64,000 bases of DNA from an uncultured virus (IMG/VR IMGVR_UViG_3300017989_000070) (taxonomy: Duplodnaviria; Heunggongvirae; Uroviricota; Caudoviricetes), in the IMG/VR virus record IMGVR_UViG_3300017989_000070, one strand, 5' to 3'. This document shows positions 55,242 to 63,697 of this stretch, piece by piece; position 1 is the stretch's first letter; every line of letters starts with the position of its first letter. The notes below the pieces were generated by a model, which was not told the DNA's origin, ran no database searches, and saw nothing but the letters and a program-made list of their open reading frames with translations. A program made the position numbers and the translations under genes.

Positions 55242-56726
55242 GTGACCAAGCCGTCCTTCGAGGTGAGCCGCAAGGGTCTCGGCGACCTGCTCGAACGCCG
55301 CGGACGCGAGTTCGCCGTGCTCGAACTCCTCCAGAACGCCTTCGACGAGCCAGGCGTGACGAAGGTCGCGCTGACGCTCCAGCCCGAGTCGCGGGGCTAC
55401 CACCGGCTCGTGGTCGAGGACGACGCGCCCGAGGGGTTCTACGACCTGAGTCACGCCTTCACGCTCTTCGCGCCGAACCGCAAGCGCGCCAACGCCGAGA
55501 AGCGTGGGCGCTTCAACCTCGGGGAGAAGCTGGTCATCGCGATCTGCCGCGAGGCGTCCATCGTGACGACCTCGGGCGGCGTGGCCTGGAACGGCGACGG
55601 GCGCCGCAGCCTGCGCACCCGCACCGACGTGGGCTCGCGCTTCGAGGGCTCGATCCGCATGAACCGGGACGAGGGCGCTCGCGCTCTCGACGCCGCCCAG
55701 AAGGTGATCGTGCCGGACGGCGTGAGCCTCGCCATCAACGGGCGCCCCGTGACAAGCATGATCGCCGAGCGGACCATCGAGGTCACGCTGCCGACCGAGT
55801 ACGCCGACGACGAGGGCGTCATGCGCCCCACCCGGCGCAAGACGACGGTCACGATCTACGAGCCGGGGGCCTACGAGCCGATGCTCTACGAGATGGGCAT
55901 CCCCGTGGTCGAGAGTGGCCTGCCCTGGCACGTGGACATCGGCCAGCGCGTGCCGATGCCGATGGACCGGGACAACGTCAGCCCCGCCTACGCTCGCAAG
56001 CTCCGCGCCGCGGTGCTCAACGAGATGCACCGCGAACTCCCCAAGGACGCCGCTGGCGAAGGCTGGGTCAAGGACGCCCTGGCCTCGGGTGACCTGTCGG
56101 AGCAGGCGATCAACACGACGCTCGACAAGCTCGTCGGGCCGAAGCGCGTCATCCGCGACCCCTCGGACCCCGAGGGGACCAAGCGCGCGATGGCCGAGGG
56201 CTACGCGGTCATCGAGCCGAGGACGTTCACGCGGGACCAGTGGAAGGCGATCAAGGACGTGGGCGCGGCGAAGCCTGCGGGGCAGGTGACGCCCTCGAAG
56301 AGGCCGAAGTTCGCGAATCCCGGCGACCCGAACGCCACCGACCCCACGGTTCCTCCGAAAGAGTGGACCGACGACATGCTCTGCGTGGTGAAGTGGATCG
56401 AGCGGCTGGGCGCGAAGCTCATCGACATGCCGCTGGAGGTCGACATCGTGCGCAGCCGCTCGAACATGGGCTACCAGGCCTGGTTCCGGGCGGGGGAGCC
56501 GCGGATGCTCGTCACGGCGAAGCTGACGCTCAACCTCCAGTGCCTCGGCCACAAGTGGTTCCGGCAGGTGAACGAGGACACGGTCTCCCTGGTGATCCAC
56601 GAGCTTGGGCACCAGTATTCGGGCGACCACCTCTCGAAGGCCTACCATGACGCACTGTGTCAACTGGGGGCGAGGCTCGGCAAGCTCGCCCTGGAGGAGC
56701 CCGACGTGCTCCGAGGGTGGGCGTAA
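55242..56726 (+). CDS. GHKL (HATPase_c-like) ATPase with C-terminal HEXXH motif
   Basis: ELLQNAFD, VEDD...GF, RGRFNLGEK, GS.F; C-terminal VIHELGH. Confidence 0.8.
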   Translation: MTKPSFEVSRKGLGDLLERRGREFAVLELLQNAFDEPGVTKVALTLQPESRGYHRLVVEDDAPEGFYDLSHAFTLFAPNRKRANAEKRGRFNLGEKLVIAICREASIVTTSGGVAWNGDGRRSLRTRTDVGSRFEGSIRMNRDEGARALDAAQKVIVPDGVSLAINGRPVTSMIAERTIEVTLPTEYADDEGVMRPTRRKTTVTIYEPGAYEPMLYEMGIPVVESGLPWHVDIGQRVPMPMDRDNVSPAYARKLRAAVLNEMHRELPKDAAGEGWVKDALASGDLSEQAINTTLDKLVGPKRVIRDPSDPEGTKRAMAEGYAVIEPRTFTRDQWKAIKDVGAAKPAGQVTPSKRPKFANPGDPNATDPTVPPKEWTDDMLCVVKWIERLGAKLIDMPLEVDIVRSRSNMGYQAWFRAGEPRMLVTAKLTLNLQCLGHKWFRQVNEDTVSLVIHELGHQYSGDHLSKAYHDALCQLGARLGKLALEEPDVLRGWA

Positions 56727-56727
56727 T

Positions 56728-56820
56728 GGCGCGAGAAGGCCTCTCTGACGCCCGGAAGGGCCCGGCCCCTACCCAGGGTAGCCCGGAGCCTCTTCCGGCC
56801 ACGAGAGGGGCCTTCTCGGC
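56728..56820 (+). repeat. Intergenic hairpin repeat, copy B (long nested stem)
   Basis: GAGAAGGCCTCTCT/AGAGGGGCCTTCTC, CCGGAAG/CTTCCGG and CTACCC/GGGTAG stems. Confidence 0.8.
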
Positions 56821-56909
56821 TAATTGCCCCCTACTACGTAGGGGGCGATCTGAGGGTGACCGAATCTGTCACCCTCGGGGGTTACATTGAATCCAGACGG
56901 AGGGACGGC

Positions 56910-57746
56910 ATGAACAACTGGAACATCACGATGGACGGCGACACCCTGGAACTCACCCGCACCGAGACGTGGGGTGACGACACGAGGACGGTGACCCGGC
57001 GGGTCAAGGCCTACAACCTCGGGGCCGTCGAGAGCGTGCTGCTCTCCGAGGGCCTGGCGACGGTCCACATCGATCCCGACATCCCGGCGAACATCCGGGA
57101 CCACCTCCAGGCGGTCGTCACGCTGGCCGAGCGCAAGCGGGTCATCGAGCCTGCCGAGCCGATGGACGAGGACGAGTTCTGGGCGCTGGTGGAGCGAGCG
57201 CAGTGGAAGAAGGACCACGACTACGAGCGAGCGAAGAGCATCCTCCACCGCTCGCTGGGCTCGGCGACGAACGCCGCGAGGTTCTCCCAGCGGTGGGTGA
57301 TGGTGCGCGGGGCGCTCGCCCAAGCCATCGGGGGCTTCGAGGAGGAGAACGGGAGCCTGGAGATCGGGGGCGACAGCTTCTCGGACCTCGTGGCCGACGC
57401 CATCGGGCGGGGGCGCGAGAGCGCCTACGAGGACCTGCGCAACCCGGTGCGGCTGGCGAAGCGGTCCTCGGACTACGACTACGAGGAGTCCTTCGCCTAC
57501 GCAATCCCGTACCCGGCGGACTTCGCGCCGATGCAGGCGCTGCTCGAAGACCGCCAGCGGCTGCGCGACCGGCTGGCGAAGCAGGCGGGGGCCGAGGTCC
57601 GCGAGGCCGTCGAGGACATCCTCGTGCGCTACCTGCGGCAGCACCCCGGGCTCGCCCACTCGCCGATCCAGTTCGAGGTGAGCCGGGCGGCGAGCGCGGC
57701 GCTCTCGACGGTGCTGAAAGAGGACGACGACGAGGAGGAGTACTGA
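56910..57746 (+). CDS. DUF4240-like domain protein
   Basis: MDEDEFWALVE...DSFSDL...IGRGRE.YE...P..LA. Confidence 0.6.
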   Translation: MNNWNITMDGDTLELTRTETWGDDTRTVTRRVKAYNLGAVESVLLSEGLATVHIDPDIPANIRDHLQAVVTLAERKRVIEPAEPMDEDEFWALVERAQWKKDHDYERAKSILHRSLGSATNAARFSQRWVMVRGALAQAIGGFEEENGSLEIGGDSFSDLVADAIGRGRESAYEDLRNPVRLAKRSSDYDYEESFAYAIPYPADFAPMQALLEDRQRLRDRLAKQAGAEVREAVEDILVRYLRQHPGLAHSPIQFEVSRAASAALSTVLKEDDDEEEY

Positions 57747-58029
57747 TGCTCATCTCGACCAGCACCCGGGAAGGTCAAGGAGTCGGACGCCTGCGCGACG
57801 AGGACGGCAAGCTCGTGCTCCGCTACGGCTGGACGGACTACGAGGTGCAGGTCGCCCGGCAGGCCCTCGCGCTCGTCCATGAGGGGAAGACCATCGTCGG
57901 TGCGGTGCGCCGGGACGACGGCAACTGGAGAGCGTGGGAGCACGGCGGCGACGTGCACCACGATGAGCGAAACGGCATCGAGGCCATGGTCGGCGTCCTG
58001 CGCCTGATCGTGTGAGGGGAGACAACAGC

Positions 58030-58440
58030 ATGTTCAAGATCAGCGACAGCATCTACAACGAGAAGAACCGCGTCGCCGCCCGTGTCGAGGAGCTTTGCTC
58101 CGAGGTGGAGGAAGCCGTCGAAGACGCGAACTGCAAGATCGAGTACGAGATTCTCGACGGGGTCAACGACAAGATCCGGGAGCTTCAGGAGGCGATCGAG
58201 GAGTACAACAACCTCTGCTCACAGGGCGTCGAGGAGATCGAGGAGCGCATCTCGGACCTCCAAGAAGGCGATGACGAGGACGAGAACGCCGAGGAGATCG
58301 AGTGTCTCCACACTCTCCAGTGCGAGTGGGAGGACGAAGTCGACGAGGTCGATGAGATCAGCGCCTACGACGTGACCATCGAGGTCGAGGTGCCGGACAT
58401 GAACACGAATGACCGGAAGCTCCAGAGCTTCCCCGAGTGA
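58030..58440 (+). CDS. Extremely acidic helical protein
   Basis: Asp/Glu-dominated sequence. Confidence 0.7.
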   Translation: MFKISDSIYNEKNRVAARVEELCSEVEEAVEDANCKIEYEILDGVNDKIRELQEAIEEYNNLCSQGVEEIEERISDLQEGDDEDENAEEIECLHTLQCEWEDEVDEVDEISAYDVTIEVEVPDMNTNDRKLQSFPE

Positions 58441-58695
58441 TGCGCATACCCATCATCGGAGGCGCGTCCGAGGCTCTCGTCAGCGAGGAGAACGGGGTGC
58501 TGGTCGCCCCGCGGTACAAACCAACGGCGAACATGACGACGCGGGAATGGATCGAGGACAAGGCGCAGCAGGGGCTGCGCGTCGAGCACATCGCGAAGGA
58601 GCAGCACGAGCACGACCTGGCCGACGCCGAGTTGTTCATGCTGCACGGGGCGACGGGTTGGGAGCTTCTCGTCGCGGTCAAGGAGGGGTGAGGAG

Positions 58696-59100
58696 ATGGC
58701 GTACACGCTGAAGATGCGCGAACTGAAGCAGAAGAGCTTCCGCATCGGTGACGAGGAGTACCCCGAGGTCAAGGGCGAGTACTGGCGCCCGAAGACCCGC
58801 GAGGACTGCGCGAACGTCCCGCGCCCGTGCCCCTACGTCGGGTGCCCCCACAACACGTACTGCGACGTGACCGGGGCCGGGAGTCTCAAGATCAACGGCG
58901 TGCCGGGGGAGCAGGTGTGGGAGCGCGACCCGGAGACCTCCTGCGTGCTCGACATCGCGGACTTCAACCCCGAGGGGCTGACTCTCGTGGAAGTCGCCGC
59001 CATCCTCGGCGGCATCACGAAGGAGGCCGTGCGCCGCATCGAGGTCGTGGGCGGCGAGCACATCGCAGACGTGAAACCGGAACTGATCGAGTACCTGTAA
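58696..59100 (+). CDS. Cys-rich sigma70 region-4-like HTH protein
   Basis: RPKTREDC...RPCPYVGC.H...SCVLD...GLTLVEVAAILG.ITKEAVRRIE. Confidence 0.8.
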   Translation: MAYTLKMRELKQKSFRIGDEEYPEVKGEYWRPKTREDCANVPRPCPYVGCPHNTYCDVTGAGSLKINGVPGEQVWERDPETSCVLDIADFNPEGLTLVEVAAILGGITKEAVRRIEVVGGEHIADVKPELIEYL

Positions 59101-59102
59101 CG

Positions 59103-59132
59103 GCAAGAGCAAGAGCAAGAACAAGAACAAGG
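59103..59132 (+). repeat. Imperfect (CAAGAR)x5 intergenic microsatellite
   Basis: CAAGAG CAAGAG CAAGAA CAAGAA CAAGGA. Confidence 0.85.
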
Positions 59133-59140
59133 AGAAAGAC

Positions 59141-59461
59141 ATGCCCAAGAACATGAAGACCATCGCCACCGTGCAGAGCTTCTCGCACAACTTCGAGACC
59201 TACACCGTCGTGCAGAACAGTGGGCACTGGCAGTGCACCTGCCGCGACTGGTTCTTCCGGCGACAGCCCTGCAAACACATCCGCGCCATCCGCCAGCTTC
59301 GCCAGGTCCCCGTGGGCGAGATGACGCTCAAGAAGGTGAAGCTGACCGAGTGGGGTGAGGGCGCGCTGGAGCGTTGGCGCACCAAGCACGACATGCCCCT
59401 CGTTCGCCCCGAGGACTACGCCCCCGAGGCGAAGAACGATCCGGTGCTGTACCTCCGCTAG
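59141..59461 (+). CDS. SWIM zinc-finger protein
   Basis: CTCRDW....PCKH. Confidence 0.8.
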   Translation: MPKNMKTIATVQSFSHNFETYTVVQNSGHWQCTCRDWFFRRQPCKHIRAIRQLRQVPVGEMTLKKVKLTEWGEGALERWRTKHDMPLVRPEDYAPEAKNDPVLYLR

Positions 59462-59467
59462 ACCGCA

Positions 59468-59499
59468 CCTCCACCGATGTGGTACATCATCGGTGGAGG
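59468..59499. promoter_or_regulatory. 12-bp inverted repeat covering an RBS (operator or hairpin)
   Basis: CCTCCACCGATG-N8-CATCGGTGGAGG. Confidence 0.75.
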
Positions 59500-59504
59500 G
59501 GTTC

Positions 59505-59717
59505 ATGCCATCAAAGACCGCCGACCCGAAGGTCGCGACGACGATCCATCTCAACCGCAGCCTTCTGGACCGGGCCGAGAAGCTCGTACCCCGGTTTCAG
59601 AAACATCCGATGGCCGTCTTCGCCCGAGGCGGCTTCAATCGCGCCTCGATACTTCGGCTCGCCCTCGACCGGGGACTCGCGGCGCTCGAAGACGACATGG
59701 AGCCCAAGGACGGCTGA
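59505..59717 (+). CDS. Ribbon-helix-helix (CopG-like) regulator
   Basis: TTIHLNRSLLDRAE...NRASILRLALDRGL. Confidence 0.65.
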   Translation: MPSKTADPKVATTIHLNRSLLDRAEKLVPRFQKHPMAVFARGGFNRASILRLALDRGLAALEDDMEPKDG

Positions 59718-59772
59718 CTGGACGGGCACAACCTGCCCATTCTACCCTGACTGGCCGTACAGGAGGAGATCC

Positions 59773-60804
59773 ATGCGCAAGATACTCTGGATTGCACTCG
59801 CGATGCTGGGAACGACCGCCGCGGTCGTGGTGGCGTTCGAGGCCCTGGGGGGAGCGGAGCCTCGAATCCCTGAGCCCCCGCAGCCCGAGCCCGTCACCCA
59901 GGAGGACACCGAGCGCGAGTCCATCGCCGCTGAATACGCACGCCGACAGCAGGAACGCCGGGCAGAGCACGAGAAGCGCCGTCAGGAAATCGAGGCGCGG
60001 ACCAAGGCCGAGATCGAGCGGATGAAGTCCCAGCCCAAGCGACCGAGGCGCAAAGTGCGCCGGTTCCGGTGGGGAGCAGCGCCAGCGGAAGACCCGGGGA
60101 CCGCGCTCGATCTTCCCGAGGAGGAGTCCGAGGCCGCGACCCTGACCGCCTTCCTGCGGATCTGCATCGCAGAAGCGGACGGGAGCCCCCAGGACTGCGT
60201 GGGCATCTGGCAGTCGCTCCGCAACATCCGCCGCCGCGCCTGTGAACGCGGGGCGGTGCGGCGGATCACCGAGTGCGACGAGGACGGCGAGACGATGCTG
60301 TCGGTGCTGCGCCGGGGCCAGCCCCACATCATGGCGGTCAAGGGCTACGAGTTGCGCAACGCCAGGGCAGGGTGGATCAGGAACCTGGAGACGGACTGCG
60401 AGATGCCCGAGGGCTACCTCGCCTATGCACGGCGGCAGGACAAGCGAGTCACCGAGGAGGACGCGCTCAACCGCTGGGATGCACAGTACGGCTCCCGGCG
60501 CTGCCCCTACGCTGTCCAGTTGGGCAAGGCGCTCATGAACGGCGACGATCTGCGGTCGGTCTCCCGCCCGGGACACCGGCTCCAGTGGCTCCCCGGCAGG
60601 CCCATCACCTGGGGTGGCCGGTGCGAGACGAAGAAGGCAAGCTGCGACGACAGGGTGGCGTGTGCGCGGGGGCTCTCCCGAATCACGTCGGGGCCCAAGA
60701 CACACAACGCCTTCTGGCGCCGCCCCGCGAACGAGGGGGAGGTCGACCCGGTCTGCAAGGCTCTCGGATACGGACACCTCCATGAGGGGGGAGAGGAGGG
60801 GTAG
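59773..60804 (+). CDS. Membrane-anchored Cys-rich protein, possible SleB-like cell-wall hydrolase
   Basis: N-terminal TM, coiled linker, FLRICIAEA.G...CVGIWQSLRN. Confidence 0.5.
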   Translation: MRKILWIALAMLGTTAAVVVAFEALGGAEPRIPEPPQPEPVTQEDTERESIAAEYARRQQERRAEHEKRRQEIEARTKAEIERMKSQPKRPRRKVRRFRWGAAPAEDPGTALDLPEEESEAATLTAFLRICIAEADGSPQDCVGIWQSLRNIRRRACERGAVRRITECDEDGETMLSVLRRGQPHIMAVKGYELRNARAGWIRNLETDCEMPEGYLAYARRQDKRVTEEDALNRWDAQYGSRRCPYAVQLGKALMNGDDLRSVSRPGHRLQWLPGRPITWGGRCETKKASCDDRVACARGLSRITSGPKTHNAFWRRPANEGEVDPVCKALGYGHLHEGGEEG

Positions 60805-61476
60805 GTGGAACTGGAGACCATCGAGAAGGCGGCTGTCGAACTCGGGCGCGTCGCCCGGGAGGCGAGCCGCTGGCCTGCGCAGGAGGGGGACATCCTCTTC
60901 TTCGACACGGCCCGGAGCCGCACGCCGATCAACCTCACGGAGTGGGTCGAGGGCTTCTGGAACGAGCCTCCGCCGATGGGCAAGCTCGTCCACGTCGTCG
61001 GGGACCACGACGTGCCCATGGTCAACGCGGAGACCGGGCTCCCCATCCACCCGGAGTGGGGCAAGACCTACGTACTCTCGCCGGTCGGCGCGGAGTTCGT
61101 GACCTACTCGACCAAGGGCGCCTACATCCTGACCAAGCACGACGAGCCGAACGACCCGAAGAAGCGGCTGCTGGCGTGCCTGGCCGAGGCGCTGTGCGTC
61201 TACTCGGGTCTCCCCGCTCGACGACCGGACGACGAGATGGTCAAGCGGTTCACGTCACAGGCCAGCGACCTCTTCCTCGCGAGCCCGAGCCCGACGCGGG
61301 TCGTGATGACCAACCGCTACCACGACGCGCCTCTCCTCTACGGCTGGCCTGCGCCGGAGTGGGAGAACGCCGAGAGTCGTGCCTTCGTCCGATGCGCCAT
61401 CAACGGCGGCAAGCACGCCGGGAAGGTGTTCTCCGGGCTCCCGACGAGCATCGAGGTGCCGCCGTGGACGCTCTGA
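60805..61476 (+). CDS. Hypothetical protein
   Basis: GAGG RBS, GTG start. Confidence 0.65.
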   Translation: MELETIEKAAVELGRVAREASRWPAQEGDILFFDTARSRTPINLTEWVEGFWNEPPPMGKLVHVVGDHDVPMVNAETGLPIHPEWGKTYVLSPVGAEFVTYSTKGAYILTKHDEPNDPKKRLLACLAEALCVYSGLPARRPDDEMVKRFTSQASDLFLASPSPTRVVMTNRYHDAPLLYGWPAPEWENAESRAFVRCAINGGKHAGKVFSGLPTSIEVPPWTL

Positions 61477-61573
61477 AACGCTTCTTTCTTGAGGCTCTCG
61501 TCGGACTCGTCGCAGGCTCTCTCGTGGTCGGCCTCTACCTGCTCATCCTGTGGTCGATTGGATGGTGATTCCC

Positions 61574-61650
61574 GGCGCGAGAAGGCCTCTCTGACGCCCG
61601 GAATAGCCCTGCCCCTACCCCTGGACCCTGCCTCCCCTTTCGAGCTATCC
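61574..61650 (+). repeat. Intergenic hairpin repeat, copy C
   Basis: 30/30 identity (61574-61603) to 56728-56757, then GCCCCTACCC. Confidence 0.8.
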
Positions 61651-61658
61651 TGGGGCCC

Positions 61659-62333
61659 ATGGTAATGCGACCGACATCCATCTGCGCGATCGATTTCGAG
61701 GCCACGGGCAAGGTCCAGGGCTACCACGAGATCGACGAGGCGGGAGTCATCCGTGTCGATGGTCTGACCCTGATGCACGAGGAGAAGCGGCTCGACATGT
61801 ACGTCCCGCCGGTCTGGCCCGAGCGCGGGACGAAGAAGCGCAGGGAGCGCAACCCCCGTCTCGGAGACCTGCTCCGCAAGTTCCGCAGCATCGCCACCAA
61901 CTCCATCCCGCTCAGCCACAACCTCTACTTCGACCTAGGGATGATCTCGGCCTGGTACGAACTCACAGACACGCGCATGCCCTTCTTCAACAGCATCGAG
62001 AAGAACGGCTACGTGGGCATGGGGATCGACACGCTCGGGATCGCGGACATGCTCGTCACCGAGGGGTGGATCGAGCGGTCCAAGATGGACTGGATCGCCC
62101 AGTGGCTCGATGTGCCTCACCCCAAACCACACCGGGCCATCCACGACGCCAACGCGGCCCTGGAGTTCTTCCGCTGGGTCCTCGACGAGACGCGGACGAC
62201 GCCCGATGTCTGGTACAAGCCCCTGCTCTGGGAGCACCCCTATGGAAGCCGCAAGCAGCGCACCGAGCGCGACCGCTGGGTCCGCGGCATCCGTGTCGAG
62301 GCCGGATTCCGCCCCTACCCGGGACGCAAGTGA
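61659..62333 (+). CDS. DEDDh 3'-5' exonuclease (DnaQ-like)
   Basis: IDFEATG, HNLYFD, IDTL, HRAIHDA. Confidence 0.88.
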   Translation: MVMRPTSICAIDFEATGKVQGYHEIDEAGVIRVDGLTLMHEEKRLDMYVPPVWPERGTKKRRERNPRLGDLLRKFRSIATNSIPLSHNLYFDLGMISAWYELTDTRMPFFNSIEKNGYVGMGIDTLGIADMLVTEGWIERSKMDWIAQWLDVPHPKPHRAIHDANAALEFFRWVLDETRTTPDVWYKPLLWEHPYGSRKQRTERDRWVRGIRVEAGFRPYPGRK

Positions 62334-62572
62334 ACACCAAGCGCCTCATCGAGCGCATCGTCAGCCGCACCGGCATCCCCCACGATGACGTTCGCGCCGT
62401 GCTCGACACCCTGCGAGACATCGCCGCCGAGCGCGTCGCGGTCTACGAATCCATCGTGATCCCGGGTCTTCTTCGGATCAGTTGCAAGCACACCCGCTGG
62501 GGATGGAAGCTCCACTTCGCGCCCTACAAGGCGCTCGACTCCGCGGTCGGGCGGGACATCCACGAGCTATAG
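62330..62572 (+). CDS. HU/IHF-like DNA-binding protein with shortened arm
   Basis: MNTKRLIERIVSRTGI...VRAVLDTL...IVIPGL...F.P.KAL..AV. Confidence 0.7.
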   Translation: MNTKRLIERIVSRTGIPHDDVRAVLDTLRDIAAERVAVYESIVIPGLLRISCKHTRWGWKLHFAPYKALDSAVGRDIHEL

Positions 62573-63388
62573 ACAGAGGAACGAGGGTGGTAGCTTGCCC
62601 TGCTGCACCTGGCGTGCGAGGTAGCGGCGCTCGCCGTCCGACAGGCGCTTGCACCGGGCGTCGAAGGAGTGGCCATTCTCGATCATGACCTGAGAGATAT
62701 TCTCGACTTGCTGCTCGGCGGTGGGGACTCGATCGAGACGGGCCTTCAAGGTGGTGTGCTGCTCGGCCCTGATCTGCTTCTCGGCTTCAAGGCGCTGGTT
62801 CACACCCTCGATGCGCCCCCCGGTGTTCCACGCTCCACCCACGACGACGATGATGATGCCGAGGGCCGCGGTGACCATGCTGCCGAGCAACTTGCGACCG
62901 CTGGACTGCACGTCCTTGATGTCCTTGTCGACCTTGTTCACAGCAGCCGCGACGTTGGTGATCATCTCGCGGCTCTTGATGCCCGCTTCCTTGTCCTGCC
63001 GCCACTCCTTGGACTCTTCCTCGTGACGGTTAATCGTCGCCTGGTTCTTGCAGTAGTGGTCGCTGCTCTCGATACCGTGGAGCCTCTCCTTGGCGTCGTT
63101 GAGGCTCTTCTCCATCTCCTCCTGGCGCGTCGCGACAGTCGTCACCTCCCGCGCCAGAGCCGGTATCTGGGCCACCGAGGCGGACTGCCTCTCGACCATC
63201 ACGCCGATCTTGAGCAGCATCTGGTCGGTGGAGTTCTCGGGGCTGATGGGCGTCGGGTCGGGGTCGACCTCGAAGTCGTCTGCGTTTCGCACCCTGGAGA
63301 AGACGCCGCCGGGCCGGGGGTCGATGTCCGAGATGCCTGAAGGGGGTGGTGCAGGAATGGGAGATCGTTCGCGGTCATCCTTTCCCAT
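62567..63388 (-). CDS. Coiled-coil membrane protein
   Basis: Coiled segments flanking TM VTAALGIIIVVVGGAW. Confidence 0.7.
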   Translation of the reverse strand: MGKDDRERSPIPAPPPSGISDIDPRPGGVFSRVRNADDFEVDPDPTPISPENSTDQMLLKIGVMVERQSASVAQIPALAREVTTVATRQEEMEKSLNDAKERLHGIESSDHYCKNQATINRHEEESKEWRQDKEAGIKSREMITNVAAAVNKVDKDIKDVQSSGRKLLGSMVTAALGIIIVVVGGAWNTGGRIEGVNQRLEAEKQIRAEQHTTLKARLDRVPTAEQQVENISQVMIENGHSFDARCKRLSDGERRYLARQVQQGKLPPSFLCL

Positions 63389-63635
63389 CGGATGCCTCCT
63401 TGCAGATGTCAGGTAGCGGGGTGAGCATCCCCCGGCGTGAGGTCGACGCGAGCCGACGTGACTCGTGAAGCGCAGCCAGAGCCACCCCCTGTGACTTCAC
63501 CTCTTCACGAATGAACTCGATGTCTGCCTCTAACTCGTTGAGCCTCCCCACGACGTCATTGAGCAGAGCACGGTTTTCCTTCATCCCGTCGTGCAGACGA
63601 TCGAGTGACTGGAGTATCGTCTCCGATTCGGACAC
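63375..63635 (-). CDS. Small coiled-coil protein
   Basis: GTG start 6 nt after TG-A-TAGGAT extended -10. Confidence 0.6.
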   Translation of the reverse strand: MSESETILQSLDRLHDGMKENRALLNDVVGRLNELEADIEFIREEVKSQGVALAALHESRRLASTSRRGMLTPLPDICKEASDGKG

Positions 63636-63697
63636 GGGTCTATCCTATCACGTGCGAAGTTCAAACAATGGTAAACTCGCGCCGGGAGGATACAGAC

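Larger units (their letters stand above)
46777..55245 (+). other. Block of about 25 small hypothetical (early-type) genes behind class II and sigma54-like promoters
   Basis: Coupled ORFs with strong GGAGG RBSs. Confidence 0.75.

Noticed and set aside
56867..56894. TGTCAC-N16-GAATCC as a sixth class II promoter
   Set aside because: -10 element does not match GCGT, and the TGTCAC is part of a hairpin
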